Part shown: positions 34,182-44,404 of the stretch, one piece after another
Layout of the letters: each line of letters starts with the position of its first letter
How positions within the stretch are numbered: the first letter of the stretch is position 1
Origin: Kofleriaceae bacterium
GTDB lineage: Bacteria; Myxococcota_A; Polyangia; Haliangiales; Haliangiaceae
Length of the DNA: 64,000 nt
Direction: 5' to 3'
Assembly (NCBI GenBank): GCA_965215005.1
Contig: CBDCCZ010000003.1
Location: 192,001 to 256,000, forward strand
The notes under the pieces: generated by a model
The model's input: only the letters and a program-made list of their open reading frames with translations
The model's database searches: none
What the model was told of the DNA's origin: nothing
Translations under genes and position numbers: made by a program

Positions 34182-36419
34182 GTGCGGACTGTCGGGCGGA
34201 TACGTTGTATTGGAAGCGGAGCTCGGGCGATTCACTACCGCTCCAGCGCTCCTGCGCTGCGTCGCGGTGGGCCGCCCATCGTGCTGGTTCACGGGCTGGT
34301 CGTGTCATCGCGCTACATGGTGCGGCTCGCCCGTCTCCTCGGCGCCACGTTCGCCGTCTACGCCCCGGATCTCCCTGGGTATGGTCGTTCGCGCCATTCC
34401 GATGCACCCGCACGGGTGGGCGATCTCGCCGACGAGCTCGCGCGGTTTCTTCGCAGTCTCGACCTTCCGCCTGCGGTCGTGGTCGGCAACTCGTTTGGGT
34501 GTCAAATCGGCGCTAGCCTGGCGGTGCGCTATCCCGAGCGAGTCGACCGCCTGGTGTTGCAAGGGCCCACCGTTCCACCGTCAGAGCGGTCGATCGCCGC
34601 CCAGGTTCGCGGGTTCCTGAGCAACGCGCTGCGTGAGCCGCCGACGCTTGGCCCGATTTTGCTGCGCGACTACGCCAACGCCGGCTTCCGCCGCGCACGA
34701 CGAACCCTGCGCGCCGCCATCGACGATCGCATCGAAGATTCACTTGGCCGCATCCAACATCCCGCGCTCGTCGTCGCCGGCCTCCACGACGTCCTCGCGC
34801 CGGTTGGCTGGAGCGAGCGGGTCGCGCGCTCGATGCCACGCGGCTGCCTCGCCGTGGTCGATGGCGCGCACACCCTCGTGTACACCCACGCCGACGAGAT
34901 GGAGCGGGTCATCCGCGAATTCGTGCAGGAGGGCGACCTAGAAACGGCGTCCTCGACCTTGGGCCGCCGCCCGCGCACCATGCTTTCGGCGCAACGTCCG
35001 CGCCCGCCCAAGGCCCTGGCGGAGTTCGACTCGGCCTCCGCGATGGTGCGTGCGGCGTCGCTTAGCCTGCGCGCGTCGCCCTACCGTGACCTAGGAATCG
35101 ACTCAGCGATATCGACGGTCATGCCGCTCGGCAATGCGTTGCCAAAGCGCATTCGCGCCGCACTCTACCGCTGGTTTGGCTGGGCTACCGCGACCGCTCC
35201 GGCCGAGCTGGGAGCGATTTCAACGGACGAGCTGTGCCGATGGGCGAGCCGTTCCTACCCTCCGCGCCGCTATCCGGCGATCTTTCTCGGCTCGTCGAAT
35301 GGCGCAATCACGCATCTGGCGGCCGCAATGGACGCGCCGTTTCTGCCGCAGACCTTCCTCTTGCCGGTGCGCACTCGTTCTGGCGGCCTCATGGATCTCC
35401 AGGCGCGCATGGAGTGGGCACGCGAGCCAGCGCGGCGCCTGCTCGACGCCAACCCGGAGCTGCAGCTCCACCACATGCACGACCCCAACCAGGACGCGCT
35501 CATGGCCCATCGCATGGCCTACTTTCGCGTCAAGCTCCGCACCCTGCCCCGGGATTACGTGCGATTCATCGAAGAGCAGCTCGAGCCCGGCGGCACCATC
35601 TATCTCGTCGATTGCCGACAGCGTTGGCCAGTGACGCAGGTCGATGACCGCCATGTCTTTCAACCAGGGGCCGTCGGTGGCCTCGCGCCCGAAGACTATC
35701 TCTCACCCGACCCGCGCCTCGACAAGTTCGTCGCCGAGGTCAGCGGCGGCGGCCGTTGGCGCGTACCACGCATCGACGCTAGCGCGCCGGAAGCCGAATG
35801 GGGCTTTGAGCCGACGCTCGCAGGCGACGTGCGCGATCTCGCGCGAGCGCGCGGTTTGCGTGTGCAACGCATCTCCTTCGATGCGCCAGAGGATCTCAGC
35901 CCCGTGGTCGCCGATCTATTTCGCAGCTGGTACGCAGACGCGGGCGAGTCGAGCGAGCGCGTCTTGGTGAGCTCGTTTCTGCTCATGGAGCCGTACTGGT
36001 CCATTCGCACCCGCACGGTTCCGCTGTGGACCACCTTTGCCGTCGAGAGCTCCGCGCGCGCCGCGGAGGCCTACCTTGCCGCGCGAGAGCCCTTTCCGAG
36101 CGCCTATGCCTTCCTGTTTCCGCACGGCGTCTCCTCGGTCGGACACGCCGGTCCCAGCCGTTGGCGCCGCGCCCTCGCCTCCGCCAGCAACGTGCAGCTC
36201 TTGGGCGTCGACGAGCGCGCCTACCCCGCTGACTTCGCCGCGCTGGTGCGCTACCACCGCGACCTGCGCCGACAAGCATGGCCCGACCGTGGCCCCATGC
36301 CGCCGCTCACCACCGAGCAGCTCGACCACGCACTCGAGCGACACGGAAATCGCAACGATGACGCTCACGTTGCCGAGCGATTAAAAATCGTCGGTGGCAG
36401 CGAGGCGCGGCCGCGCTAA
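34182..36419 (+). CDS. Alpha/beta hydrolase fused to a ~470-aa uncharacterised domain; 5' end overlaps the IS66 TIR
   Basis: LVHGL, PDLPGYG, GNSFG and GAH; the second region contains LGSSNGA; the GTG start lies inside the TIR. Confidence 0.75.
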   Translation: MRTVGRIRCIGSGARAIHYRSSAPALRRGGPPIVLVHGLVVSSRYMVRLARLLGATFAVYAPDLPGYGRSRHSDAPARVGDLADELARFLRSLDLPPAVVVGNSFGCQIGASLAVRYPERVDRLVLQGPTVPPSERSIAAQVRGFLSNALREPPTLGPILLRDYANAGFRRARRTLRAAIDDRIEDSLGRIQHPALVVAGLHDVLAPVGWSERVARSMPRGCLAVVDGAHTLVYTHADEMERVIREFVQEGDLETASSTLGRRPRTMLSAQRPRPPKALAEFDSASAMVRAASLSLRASPYRDLGIDSAISTVMPLGNALPKRIRAALYRWFGWATATAPAELGAISTDELCRWASRSYPPRRYPAIFLGSSNGAITHLAAAMDAPFLPQTFLLPVRTRSGGLMDLQARMEWAREPARRLLDANPELQLHHMHDPNQDALMAHRMAYFRVKLRTLPRDYVRFIEEQLEPGGTIYLVDCRQRWPVTQVDDRHVFQPGAVGGLAPEDYLSPDPRLDKFVAEVSGGGRWRVPRIDASAPEAEWGFEPTLAGDVRDLARARGLRVQRISFDAPEDLSPVVADLFRSWYADAGESSERVLVSSFLLMEPYWSIRTRTVPLWTTFAVESSARAAEAYLAAREPFPSAYAFLFPHGVSSVGHAGPSRWRRALASASNVQLLGVDERAYPADFAALVRYHRDLRRQAWPDRGPMPPLTTEQLDHALERHGNRNDDAHVAERLKIVGGSEARPR

Positions 36420-36525
36420 ACCGACGCCGCAGAGAAACGGTTTTGCACGAGCTTGGCGCCACGTAGCGATGCACGAACCAACTTCGAGCATGCTGCGACC
36501 GGATATGCGCCGCCACGTAGTCACG

Positions 36526-39500
36526 TTAGATCTCCGCGCAGCTGCCTGGGTGGTCTAGGCAGCGCCGGACCAGCTCCAGGAGCGCCTGGGTTCGGTACGG
36601 CTTGCGCAGGAAATTCTCGCGCTCGCGCAGGGGCGAGGACGGCTCGTTCCACTCGCGAGTGTAACCGGAGGTGTAAACGATGCGCAGCTTGGGCCGGTCG
36701 CGTCTCATGCGAGCCGCAAGTTCGACGCCGGTCATCCCGCCAGGCATCACGACGTCGGTGAGAACGAGGGCGATCTCGTCGCGATGCTGCGTCCAAAGCT
36801 CCAGCGCATCCGGCCCGGAGGCGGCGGTGAAGACGCGATAGCCGTGCAGGCGCAGAATGCGTGAAGCCAAGCCGAGTACCGCGGGATCGTCTTCGACAAC
36901 CAGCACCGTTTCGACTCCGGTAGGTGGCGTGTCGACCCAGTCACCTCCACCGATCGGCCGCTGCGGCTCGAGGCTTTCGCGCACCGGCAGGTACACGAGA
37001 AACGAGGTCCCGCTGCCGCACTTGCTTTCGACCTCGATCCAGCCGTCGTGCTGCTTGATGATGCCGTAGACGGTGGAGAGTCCGAGGCCCGTTCCCTTCC
37101 CCACTGCCTTGGTGGTGAAGAACGGGTCGAAGATCTTGGGAAGATCGGCCGCCGTGATGCCTTCGCCGGTGTCGGTGACGACCAAGCAAACGTACCAGCC
37201 GGGGCTGGATTCGGGGTTTTGCCGCGCTTGGGCCGCCGTGACGTGACACTCGAACGTGGTCAGCTGAAGACGCCCACCGCCAGGCATGGCATCGCGCGCG
37301 TTGACCGCCAAGTTCACGACAACCTGCTCGATCATCCCCGGATCTGCGTTGATCGAAGGCACCTCCTCGGCGACCTGCAAATCCAGCTCGATGTGCTCTC
37401 CCAGGATGCGGCTCAGCATCTTGGTAGAGCTGCCGATGACCTGGGTGAGATCGACCGACTGAAAGCGCATCTCGGCGCGGCGGCTGAACAGCAGGAGCTG
37501 TCCAGTGAGATCTGCCGCCCGCGCGGCGGCGTGGGCAATCTCCTGCAGCGCATCGGGCTTCCAGCTGCGCCTGAGGAGCTCGACGTTGCCCAGAATGACC
37601 GTCAAGAGATTGTTGAAGTCGTGTGCCACGCCGGCCGCCAGCTGGCCAATGGACTCCATCTTCTGCAGGTGACGGACTTGCTCCTCTAGGTGCCGGTGAG
37701 TGGTGACGTCCTGTGCAACTCCAACGATGCGAATCACCTCGCCGCTGTCATTGCGAATCGGATAGGCGCGATCGTGAATCCATCGAAGCTCGCCATCGGG
37801 CCGCACGATGCGAAATTCTTCGTTGTACCCACCGGTTCTTTGATTGTGCCGCGACTCGTAGGCAACGCGAGCACGATCGTCGGGATGGATGGATGCTAGC
37901 CAGGAGTGCGGATCTTCGTAGAGGCTCTCGCAGCTGAGGCCCCAAATCGTCGCGTAGGCGGGGCTGACGTAGATCGCTTCGTTTTTGTCGGGCGAGCTGA
38001 TCCAAAAGACTTCGTCGATAGCCGCGGCCAGCTCTTGATAACGCTCGTTGCTGACGCGAGCTTCGGCCTCGGCGTTCTTGATGGCGGTGATGTCGGTGGC
38101 GGTGCCGATCAATTGTTTGATCTCGCCATTGGCTATCCTGCTGAACACCGCATCACGACCATGGAACCATCGCCACTGGCCACTCTGGTGTCTCATGCGG
38201 TAGATGAAGTCGGCGGCCTCACCATCTGCCAGCTGGAATACCTCCCCTATGTGCGCGGCGAAGCGCGGCCTATCGTCGGGGTGCATGAGATGTTCGACAG
38301 GATCCTGCAAGACCGAAGGCAGCTGCTCGGCGGTGTACCCCAACGTAGCGGGCACCTCACGGTTCGCCAGGACATTCTGCTGCTTCTCCACATCGTAGAT
38401 GAACAGCACGCAGGGCATGACCTCGAGCACCCGCTCATTGAAGCGTTGTGCCTCGGCCAGCGCATCGATGGCGTCCTTTCTGTCGGTGATATCGGTGGCC
38501 ACGCCGATGATTTGCGTCACCAAGCCGCCGGCATCGCGCGCGAAGACGGTGTCGCGGCTGAGCATCCAACACCAGGAGCCATCGGATCGCCGCATGCGAT
38601 ACTCGAAGGTGGTGACCTCGCCGTCTCGAAGCTCGGTCGAGCGCGCAAGGTGCAACTGAAATTCAGGTACGTCCTCGGGATGCATGAGGCCGGCGAGCGC
38701 CGCGTGGTCCATCTCGTCGAGCTCAGCTTGGGAAAAGCCAAGTTGGTCCGTTACCTCGCGATTGATGAACACGTTGCGTTGTTCGACGAGGTCGTGCACG
38801 TAAACCACGCTGGGAACGATATCGAGGACGCGCTGGTTGAAGCGCTGCAGGTCAGCGAGCTGCTCCTCGGCCACCCGTTGGTCGTGGATGTCGCGACCGA
38901 CCGATTGGATCTCGATCAGAAGACCGCGAGCATCGAACACGCCGCGATCGATCCATTCCTGCCAGCGCAGCGCACCATCGGCACGCATCGCGCGGTGCAC
39001 GTGGCGAAGAACTGGCTCAGTCGGTGTTAGGTGTGCAACGTTCTGGCGGACCTTCTCGCGAGCCTCTTCACCTGCGATCAAAGGCATAAAGCTGTTGCCA
39101 ACCGCCTCTGCGTCGCTCAGACCAAAGTAGCGACGATAGGGTTCGTTGACGAAGGTCCGCGTGCCATCGGGACGCCAACGAACGACGAATTCCGTCTGGT
39201 CCTCGACGATGGCGCGAAACCGCGCCTCGCTTTGGCGCACGGTCTCTTCTGCGCGGATCCGGTCGGTGACGTCCTGCCCCACCACCTGCAGCTCACGTTG
39301 TCCATCGGATGCGGGCACCGGCACGATTTCCCAGTGCAACCATCGGCGGTCGCCGGTGGACGAACACCGATGGTGCTCCAACGTGCACGGGCTGCTCTGC
39401 GGCGACGGAGACCCAATGTATTGACGGAGCGTTGTCCGCCCCTCCGCAGGTAGCAGCTCAAAGAAGCTCGAGCCCAAAAGCAGCTCGCGCGGACGACCAA

Positions 39501-40146
39501 TACGATCGCAGAACTTCTGGTTTACGAACCTAAGCGTTCCGTCCGCAGTGATCCGCGCGATCAGATCGGTACTCATCTCGACGATTGCGCGATACTGCGC
39601 GTCACTCGCGCCGAGGGCGGCTTCCGCGTGATGCAGCAGAGAGCGCTGGTTTTCGAGACTGCGCCGCCGCAGCTCCAGAAACCTCACCGCTTGCCGCGCC
39701 AGCGCCACCAATCCTTGTCGTTGGGTTGGCGTGAGCTGGTGCGGCTCTGTATCGAGCACCAACACCGTGCCTACGGCGTATCCATCGGGAATCAAGAGCG
39801 GCGCGCCGGCATAGAACCGCAATGCAAGAGGCCCGGTTACCAGCGGACTATCGGTGAAGCGCGGATCGGCGGCGAGGTCTGGCACTTCGAATACCTCGGT
39901 GCCGGAAATGGTGTAGGCGCAGATAGCAATGTCTCGCGGCGTCTCGACCAAGTCGATGCCGACGCGCGCCTTGAACCACTGCCGGCGGTCATCGACGAGG
40001 CTGACGCAGGCGATGGGCACCCCACAGAGCGCGGCAGCAACCTGGGCAATGTCGTCGAACTCGGGCTCGGGCTCGGTGTCCAAGGCCTCGTAGGCCTGCA
40101 AAAGCGACAGGCGCGTGAGCTCGTTGGAAGGAGTCGGAGCGCTCAT
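36526..40146 (-). CDS. Hybrid histidine kinase: GAF, five PAS/PAC, HisKA, HATPase, REC
   Basis: RFYAGAPL GAF; repeated PAS/PAC (HPED, DIT); AHDFNNLL, NARDAMP, PFFTTK, GTGLGL and TDVVMP. Start may be 40200. Confidence 0.93.
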   Translation of the reverse strand: MSAPTPSNELTRLSLLQAYEALDTEPEPEFDDIAQVAAALCGVPIACVSLVDDRRQWFKARVGIDLVETPRDIAICAYTISGTEVFEVPDLAADPRFTDSPLVTGPLALRFYAGAPLLIPDGYAVGTVLVLDTEPHQLTPTQRQGLVALARQAVRFLELRRRSLENQRSLLHHAEAALGASDAQYRAIVEMSTDLIARITADGTLRFVNQKFCDRIGRPRELLLGSSFFELLPAEGRTTLRQYIGSPSPQSSPCTLEHHRCSSTGDRRWLHWEIVPVPASDGQRELQVVGQDVTDRIRAEETVRQSEARFRAIVEDQTEFVVRWRPDGTRTFVNEPYRRYFGLSDAEAVGNSFMPLIAGEEAREKVRQNVAHLTPTEPVLRHVHRAMRADGALRWQEWIDRGVFDARGLLIEIQSVGRDIHDQRVAEEQLADLQRFNQRVLDIVPSVVYVHDLVEQRNVFINREVTDQLGFSQAELDEMDHAALAGLMHPEDVPEFQLHLARSTELRDGEVTTFEYRMRRSDGSWCWMLSRDTVFARDAGGLVTQIIGVATDITDRKDAIDALAEAQRFNERVLEVMPCVLFIYDVEKQQNVLANREVPATLGYTAEQLPSVLQDPVEHLMHPDDRPRFAAHIGEVFQLADGEAADFIYRMRHQSGQWRWFHGRDAVFSRIANGEIKQLIGTATDITAIKNAEAEARVSNERYQELAAAIDEVFWISSPDKNEAIYVSPAYATIWGLSCESLYEDPHSWLASIHPDDRARVAYESRHNQRTGGYNEEFRIVRPDGELRWIHDRAYPIRNDSGEVIRIVGVAQDVTTHRHLEEQVRHLQKMESIGQLAAGVAHDFNNLLTVILGNVELLRRSWKPDALQEIAHAAARAADLTGQLLLFSRRAEMRFQSVDLTQVIGSSTKMLSRILGEHIELDLQVAEEVPSINADPGMIEQVVVNLAVNARDAMPGGGRLQLTTFECHVTAAQARQNPESSPGWYVCLVVTDTGEGITAADLPKIFDPFFTTKAVGKGTGLGLSTVYGIIKQHDGWIEVESKCGSGTSFLVYLPVRESLEPQRPIGGGDWVDTPPTGVETVLVVEDDPAVLGLASRILRLHGYRVFTAASGPDALELWTQHRDEIALVLTDVVMPGGMTGVELAARMRRDRPKLRIVYTSGYTREWNEPSSPLRERENFLRKPYRTQALLELVRRCLDHPGSCAEI

Positions 40147-40527
40147 GGTCCGCTCCGCGAGCTCCGTTGAGCGCCGGAGGCGCTGGCGCTCCATACCCAC
40201 CCGGCGCTTCGCATATCAGCGCGCCACCTCGAATCACGGCTTCGGAACGTTACCCCCGCCATCCCGCTCCTTTTATACGCTGCACTGGAGCCGATGTGGA
40301 CCAGCCGCCCAGCAAGATTGGCTCGCTTCACGGCTTCTGTTTCCGATCATCGTGTTGCTGCGCTGCCGCCGCAATGAGGCGCATCGCAAGGATAAGCCCG
40401 ACCCAGGCCCTTCCTATCAATTACCGGCGAAGAGCGCTCCCACGCACGCGCGAGCTCCAAGCCGCTCTCGGCGAGCGCCGTCCGAGCGCCGGTCGCGGAG
40501 AGGTCTTCGCCGCGATGTTTCAAGCTG

Positions 40528-41232
40528 CTATAGGCCGAAGCGTTGCCGCAGCTGTGTTAGGTGGCGCCTGCTCACCGGAAGTGGCTCCGCCACGCCGGCA
40601 ACGATGGCGTGATAGGTGCCGGCGCCAACCAAACGCAGCTCGCGCAGGTAGTCAAGTGCCACGATGGTGGAGCGGTGGACGCGAACGAATGTGGCTTCCG
40701 GCAGTCGCTGGCTCCAGCGAGTGAGTGAGCTGCTCGTGAGGTGGCTTGTGCCGTCGCGCATTACCAACTCGGAGTAGTCACCGGCAGCACGCAGCACGGC
40801 AACGTCGCGCAGCGATAGGAAGCGGATGCCGCGCGGTCCGCCGACGGCGATGGAGTCGCTCAAGGTGAGGTGGCGCGCCGGCGGCGGCCGCTGTCGGCGC
40901 AATGCCTCGGCGAGGCGCGCCGGCTCGATAGGCTTGAGTAGGTAGTCGAGAGCGTTGACTTCGAATGCGCGTACCGCGTGCTGATCATAGGCGGTGACGA
41001 AGATGACGTCGGCGGTGACGGTAGTGCGCTGAAACAGCTCGAAACCGCAGCCTTGCGGCATCTGGATGTCGAGAAAAATGAGGTCTATGGGCGCCGAATC
41101 CAAGGTTTTGACAGCGCCGGCGACATCGCCCGCCTCGGCCGCAATCTCGAGCTCGGGATAGCGCTCGAGCAGGCGCCGCAGGCGCCGTCGTGCCGGTGCC
41201 TCGTCATCCACGAGCAGGACCGTACGCTTCAT
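40528..41232 (-). CDS. LytTR-family response regulator
   Basis: DDE, FLDIQMP, DYLLKP, FVRVHRS and LPVSRR. Confidence 0.93.
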   Translation of the reverse strand: MKRTVLLVDDEAPARRRLRRLLERYPELEIAAEAGDVAGAVKTLDSAPIDLIFLDIQMPQGCGFELFQRTTVTADVIFVTAYDQHAVRAFEVNALDYLLKPIEPARLAEALRRQRPPPARHLTLSDSIAVGGPRGIRFLSLRDVAVLRAAGDYSELVMRDGTSHLTSSSLTRWSQRLPEATFVRVHRSTIVALDYLRELRLVGAGTYHAIVAGVAEPLPVSRRHLTQLRQRFGL

Positions 41233-42434
41233 GGCAGCACTTTTACGCCGGCGCTGGGGGATTGATGACTCGGACCTCCGGCGCCGCGATGCGGGGCAAG
41301 GGCGGCAGAGCTCTGCTGCTCACGGCCCCCCTTCGACGTCTTCCCAAGCGATTGTGGCTTTGCTGGTAGTTCACGACTTGCATCGCAGATCACCAGATGG
41401 GCACGCACCCGCAGCCCCCGTTGCTCGACCGTTAGGACGTGGCGAGCGGGATGCAGATGCGCGAGCCGCTGGCGCACGTTTGCCAGCCCCACGTGCGCGC
41501 GTCCAAGCCCAGACTCCGCAGGAGTGAGAAGGCCATCGTTTTCGATAGCGATGGCCACGCCGGCACCAAGCCGCGTGCACGTCACGCTAACCTCGAGCGG
41601 CAGCCGCCGCGTGGTGCGCATGCCGTGAACGATCGCGTTCTCGACCAACGGCTGCAACAAGAACGGTGCGAGAGGAAGCTCGGCGGCTCGCGGGTCGAGC
41701 TCCACGGTTACGCGGAGCTGGTCTTCGTAACGCGCCTTCTCGATCTCGAGGTAGGTGGCGATGGCGTCGAGCTCATCGGCTACGGTCGCCGCGGCTGCGT
41801 CGGCATCAAGCGCTCGACGCAACAGGCGCGAAAGCGCCAGGAGCAGCTCCTGCGACGCTTTAGGACGATCATCGATGAGCGAGACGATGGAGTTGAGGGC
41901 ATTGAACAAGAAGTGCGGCCCAAGCTGATAGCGCAGCAAATCCAGGGTGGCTTGGCGCGCTGCCCGCTCGGCTTGCTCGCCGCGGCTGCGCTCTTGCCGC
42001 CGGCGCACGTGCAAGTAAACGCTGATGGCATAGCCGTGCCACATCACCAGGACGAGCACCTGGTAGATCCAGGTTGCCACGACGTCTTCCGCCGGTTCCT
42101 CGGCGGCGCCGAGCAGGGCTGCGGGTGCCGCCGCGGCCACGCTCCAAAGGACTGCTTCACCGATTGCGGCCACAGTCGCCGCAATCACCACCACCGCGAG
42201 AGCATCGGCGTCTAGCAGCCGCAAGCGGTGCTGCAGCCACCAGCCGAGTCCCGCCAGTAGCGCGCCAATGGCCGCCCATCCCGCGCAACCCGCCGCCAAT
42301 GCGACGCCGGTGTAGTCTCCTGGACCCGGAGCAATCGAGCCAAGGACGTAGAGCAGCCCCGCCGCACTCAGCCACACCAGCGCTTGCGCCGGCCCGAGGG
42401 GACGCCTCCACGCTCGCGACGTCTCGTCACTCAC
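41229..42434 (-). CDS. LytS/YehU-type membrane histidine kinase
   Basis: Four TM segments, QLGPHFLFNALN and LQPLVENAIVHG; ATGA overlap with the LytTR gene. Confidence 0.9.
   Translation of the reverse strand: MSDETSRAWRRPLGPAQALVWLSAAGLLYVLGSIAPGPGDYTGVALAAGCAGWAAIGALLAGLGWWLQHRLRLLDADALAVVVIAATVAAIGEAVLWSVAAAAPAALLGAAEEPAEDVVATWIYQVLVLVMWHGYAISVYLHVRRRQERSRGEQAERAARQATLDLLRYQLGPHFLFNALNSIVSLIDDRPKASQELLLALSRLLRRALDADAAAATVADELDAIATYLEIEKARYEDQLRVTVELDPRAAELPLAPFLLQPLVENAIVHGMRTTRRLPLEVSVTCTRLGAGVAIAIENDGLLTPAESGLGRAHVGLANVRQRLAHLHPARHVLTVEQRGLRVRAHLVICDASRELPAKPQSLGKTSKGGREQQSSAALAPHRGAGGPSHQSPSAGVKVLP
41244..41347 (-). repeat. ~100-bp dispersed repeat, copy A (in frame in the kinase 3' end)
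   Basis: Matches 45296-45397 in inverted orientation, including the core TCTGCCGCCCTTGCCCCGCATCG and GTCATCAATCCC. Confidence 0.85.
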
Positions 42435-42450
42435 CGCTGCATACCATACG

Positions 42451-44019
42451 TCATGGCGTCCCCCACGGGCTCGGATCGCCGAGCAAGTACGCCGACACTT
42501 CGGCAATGACGGCCGAGGTTCCGGCCATGTCGATCGGCTCGAGCGCCGTGGCGCAGCTGGCGGTCACCGGGCGGCTCGGCTCCGCGAGGAACTCGAGCAG
42601 AACCTCGCTGCCGCACTGGCGACCATCGCCCAGGGGCGAGCTGGTGAGCGTGACGTGCCCGGCGGTCGGCATGTGCACATGCTGCGCGTTCGGCAGCGCC
42701 GCTGCGACTCGCTCGGCCCAGATTGGCGGAGTGAGGATATCGATACCGCCGGAGAGCACCAGCACTGGCGTGCGGCTTTCGGCCGGCGCATCGGCATCGG
42801 CACGTCGCCCAAAGCGTGGCCACGCCTGCTCCAGGGTCGCGAACAGCTCGAGCTCGCTGGTGCCACCGAACAGCGCACCAGCGAGCTCGGCGCGAATGGG
42901 ATCTAGGTCGATACCTTCGCGCCATAAGTCGCGCGTAGCGATGTGCAGTTGCAGGACCTGGTTGACGACTTCCAGGTTGCCGTCGCCGGCGCGGGAAAGC
43001 TCGTCGAGCACCGCGGCCAAGTGGACGAGCGCCTGCACGTCGGCGTCCGAGCACCGAGTTAGACGGTGTATCACGGCGGGAACGAGCACCAGCGTGGAGC
43101 GGTGGAGGTCGACGAGCCTCATTAGGAAGTCGCGAGCAAACTGGGCGCTTGCGCCCAGCTCGACAAGGGCGGGGCACCTTCCGTGATCGAGGCCGGCGAT
43201 CGCCGCGGCCGCGGTGCCAACGGGGTCACCGGAGAGGGCATCGTTACAGACCGGATCGGCGGCGCACAAATCGAGCACCTCATGTCCGATGTCATCGGCG
43301 TATAGCTGCCGGTTCCACACGTCGGCGGCGACATCGAGGACTCCGTCGAGAATGACGGCGTCGGCCTGCTCGGGGTAGCGCTGCAAGTAACGCTGTGCCC
43401 AGTAGCTGCCGTAAGAGCCGCCCCACACCGCGACCGGCACGTCGGCGCGCGTGGCTTCGATCAGCCTACCGAGATCTTCAGCAGCGGCAAATGCCGAGAA
43501 CTGGCCGAGGTCTTCGCCCCAAGAGCGGGTGAGCTCATCGACGCACGAAGGCAGCTCGGCGTCGGTTATTATCACGCCTTCGGCACTCGCAGCCGCTTGC
43601 GCGGTGGGACACGTCAGTGGCGTGCTGGCGCCGGCACCGCGGTGGGTGGGGATGTATATGCGCCAGCCAGCGTCGAGGAGTGGACCGACGATGCGCGGCG
43701 ATTCGAGGCCAGCGCCGGTGCCACCCGGTCCGCCATCGAGGAGCCAGAGGTCGCCACGGACCGGCACAGATGGCTCGACGCGCTTGACCACCACGTCGAT
43801 GAGCGGCCCTTCGGCAGCGACGCGTTGGTCGTAGGCGCGAAGCGGCAAGCGCGAGGTGGCGCAGTCGCCGGGGCGGCCGCCTTCGATGCGTGGCGCGCAC
43901 GGCTGCCACTGGAGGTCTTCGCCTCCGCCGGCGTTGCAGGCTGCCGCGGCGGCAAGCGCGACGACGGCAGCGTGCAGGCGGCTGCGATGACAACCGCGAG
44001 AAATGAGGTGATTGCTCAT
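42451..44019 (-). CDS. Alpha/beta hydrolase lipoprotein (TAP-like peptidase)
   Basis: Lipobox AAAC, DGGPGG, GGSYG, DILTP and AGH. Confidence 0.85.
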   Translation of the reverse strand: MSNHLISRGCHRSRLHAAVVALAAAAACNAGGGEDLQWQPCAPRIEGGRPGDCATSRLPLRAYDQRVAAEGPLIDVVVKRVEPSVPVRGDLWLLDGGPGGTGAGLESPRIVGPLLDAGWRIYIPTHRGAGASTPLTCPTAQAAASAEGVIITDAELPSCVDELTRSWGEDLGQFSAFAAAEDLGRLIEATRADVPVAVWGGSYGSYWAQRYLQRYPEQADAVILDGVLDVAADVWNRQLYADDIGHEVLDLCAADPVCNDALSGDPVGTAAAAIAGLDHGRCPALVELGASAQFARDFLMRLVDLHRSTLVLVPAVIHRLTRCSDADVQALVHLAAVLDELSRAGDGNLEVVNQVLQLHIATRDLWREGIDLDPIRAELAGALFGGTSELELFATLEQAWPRFGRRADADAPAESRTPVLVLSGGIDILTPPIWAERVAAALPNAQHVHMPTAGHVTLTSSPLGDGRQCGSEVLLEFLAEPSRPVTASCATALEPIDMAGTSAVIAEVSAYLLGDPSPWGTP

Positions 44020-44404
44020 GGGTGCTATCGTTCCAGCAAGCCGGCCGCCGTCCAGGTCGCGCCGCCGAGCGGCACGATAGACACGTTATTCGGCGCCTAT
44101 CGCCGGCGAGCGATGTGATGCGAGCACCCGCGGCGGAACGGGATTTCGCTGCGACCCGCACGGCGGAGCTTGCGAGATCATCGCAGCAGGTTCGGAATCC
44201 ATATGACCGCTCAACCTGCCGGCAACTGCGATTGATCGCAGCAAGCCAATTCCTTCAACGAAGCACAAAGCGGTTCTGTCACGAGAGAGGCAACATCGCG
44301 AATCGCAGCACGGCATGGCGGCGCAGCGCTAGTTTGCGCCGCCGTCGACAGCGGCGCGGGAGGTCGCGAGTCGCAATGGCACCTCGGCTGCACTACGTGA
44401 GCTC

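Larger units (their letters stand above)
30100..34203 (-). mobile_element. IS66-family element (tnpA-tnpB-tnpC) interrupted by an ISKra4-like IS
   Basis: TIRs GTAAGCGCCCGACAGCGCGCACCT and GTATCCGCCCGACAGTCCGCACCT (20/24); 2528 bp after removing the nested IS and one TSD copy. Confidence 0.93.
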
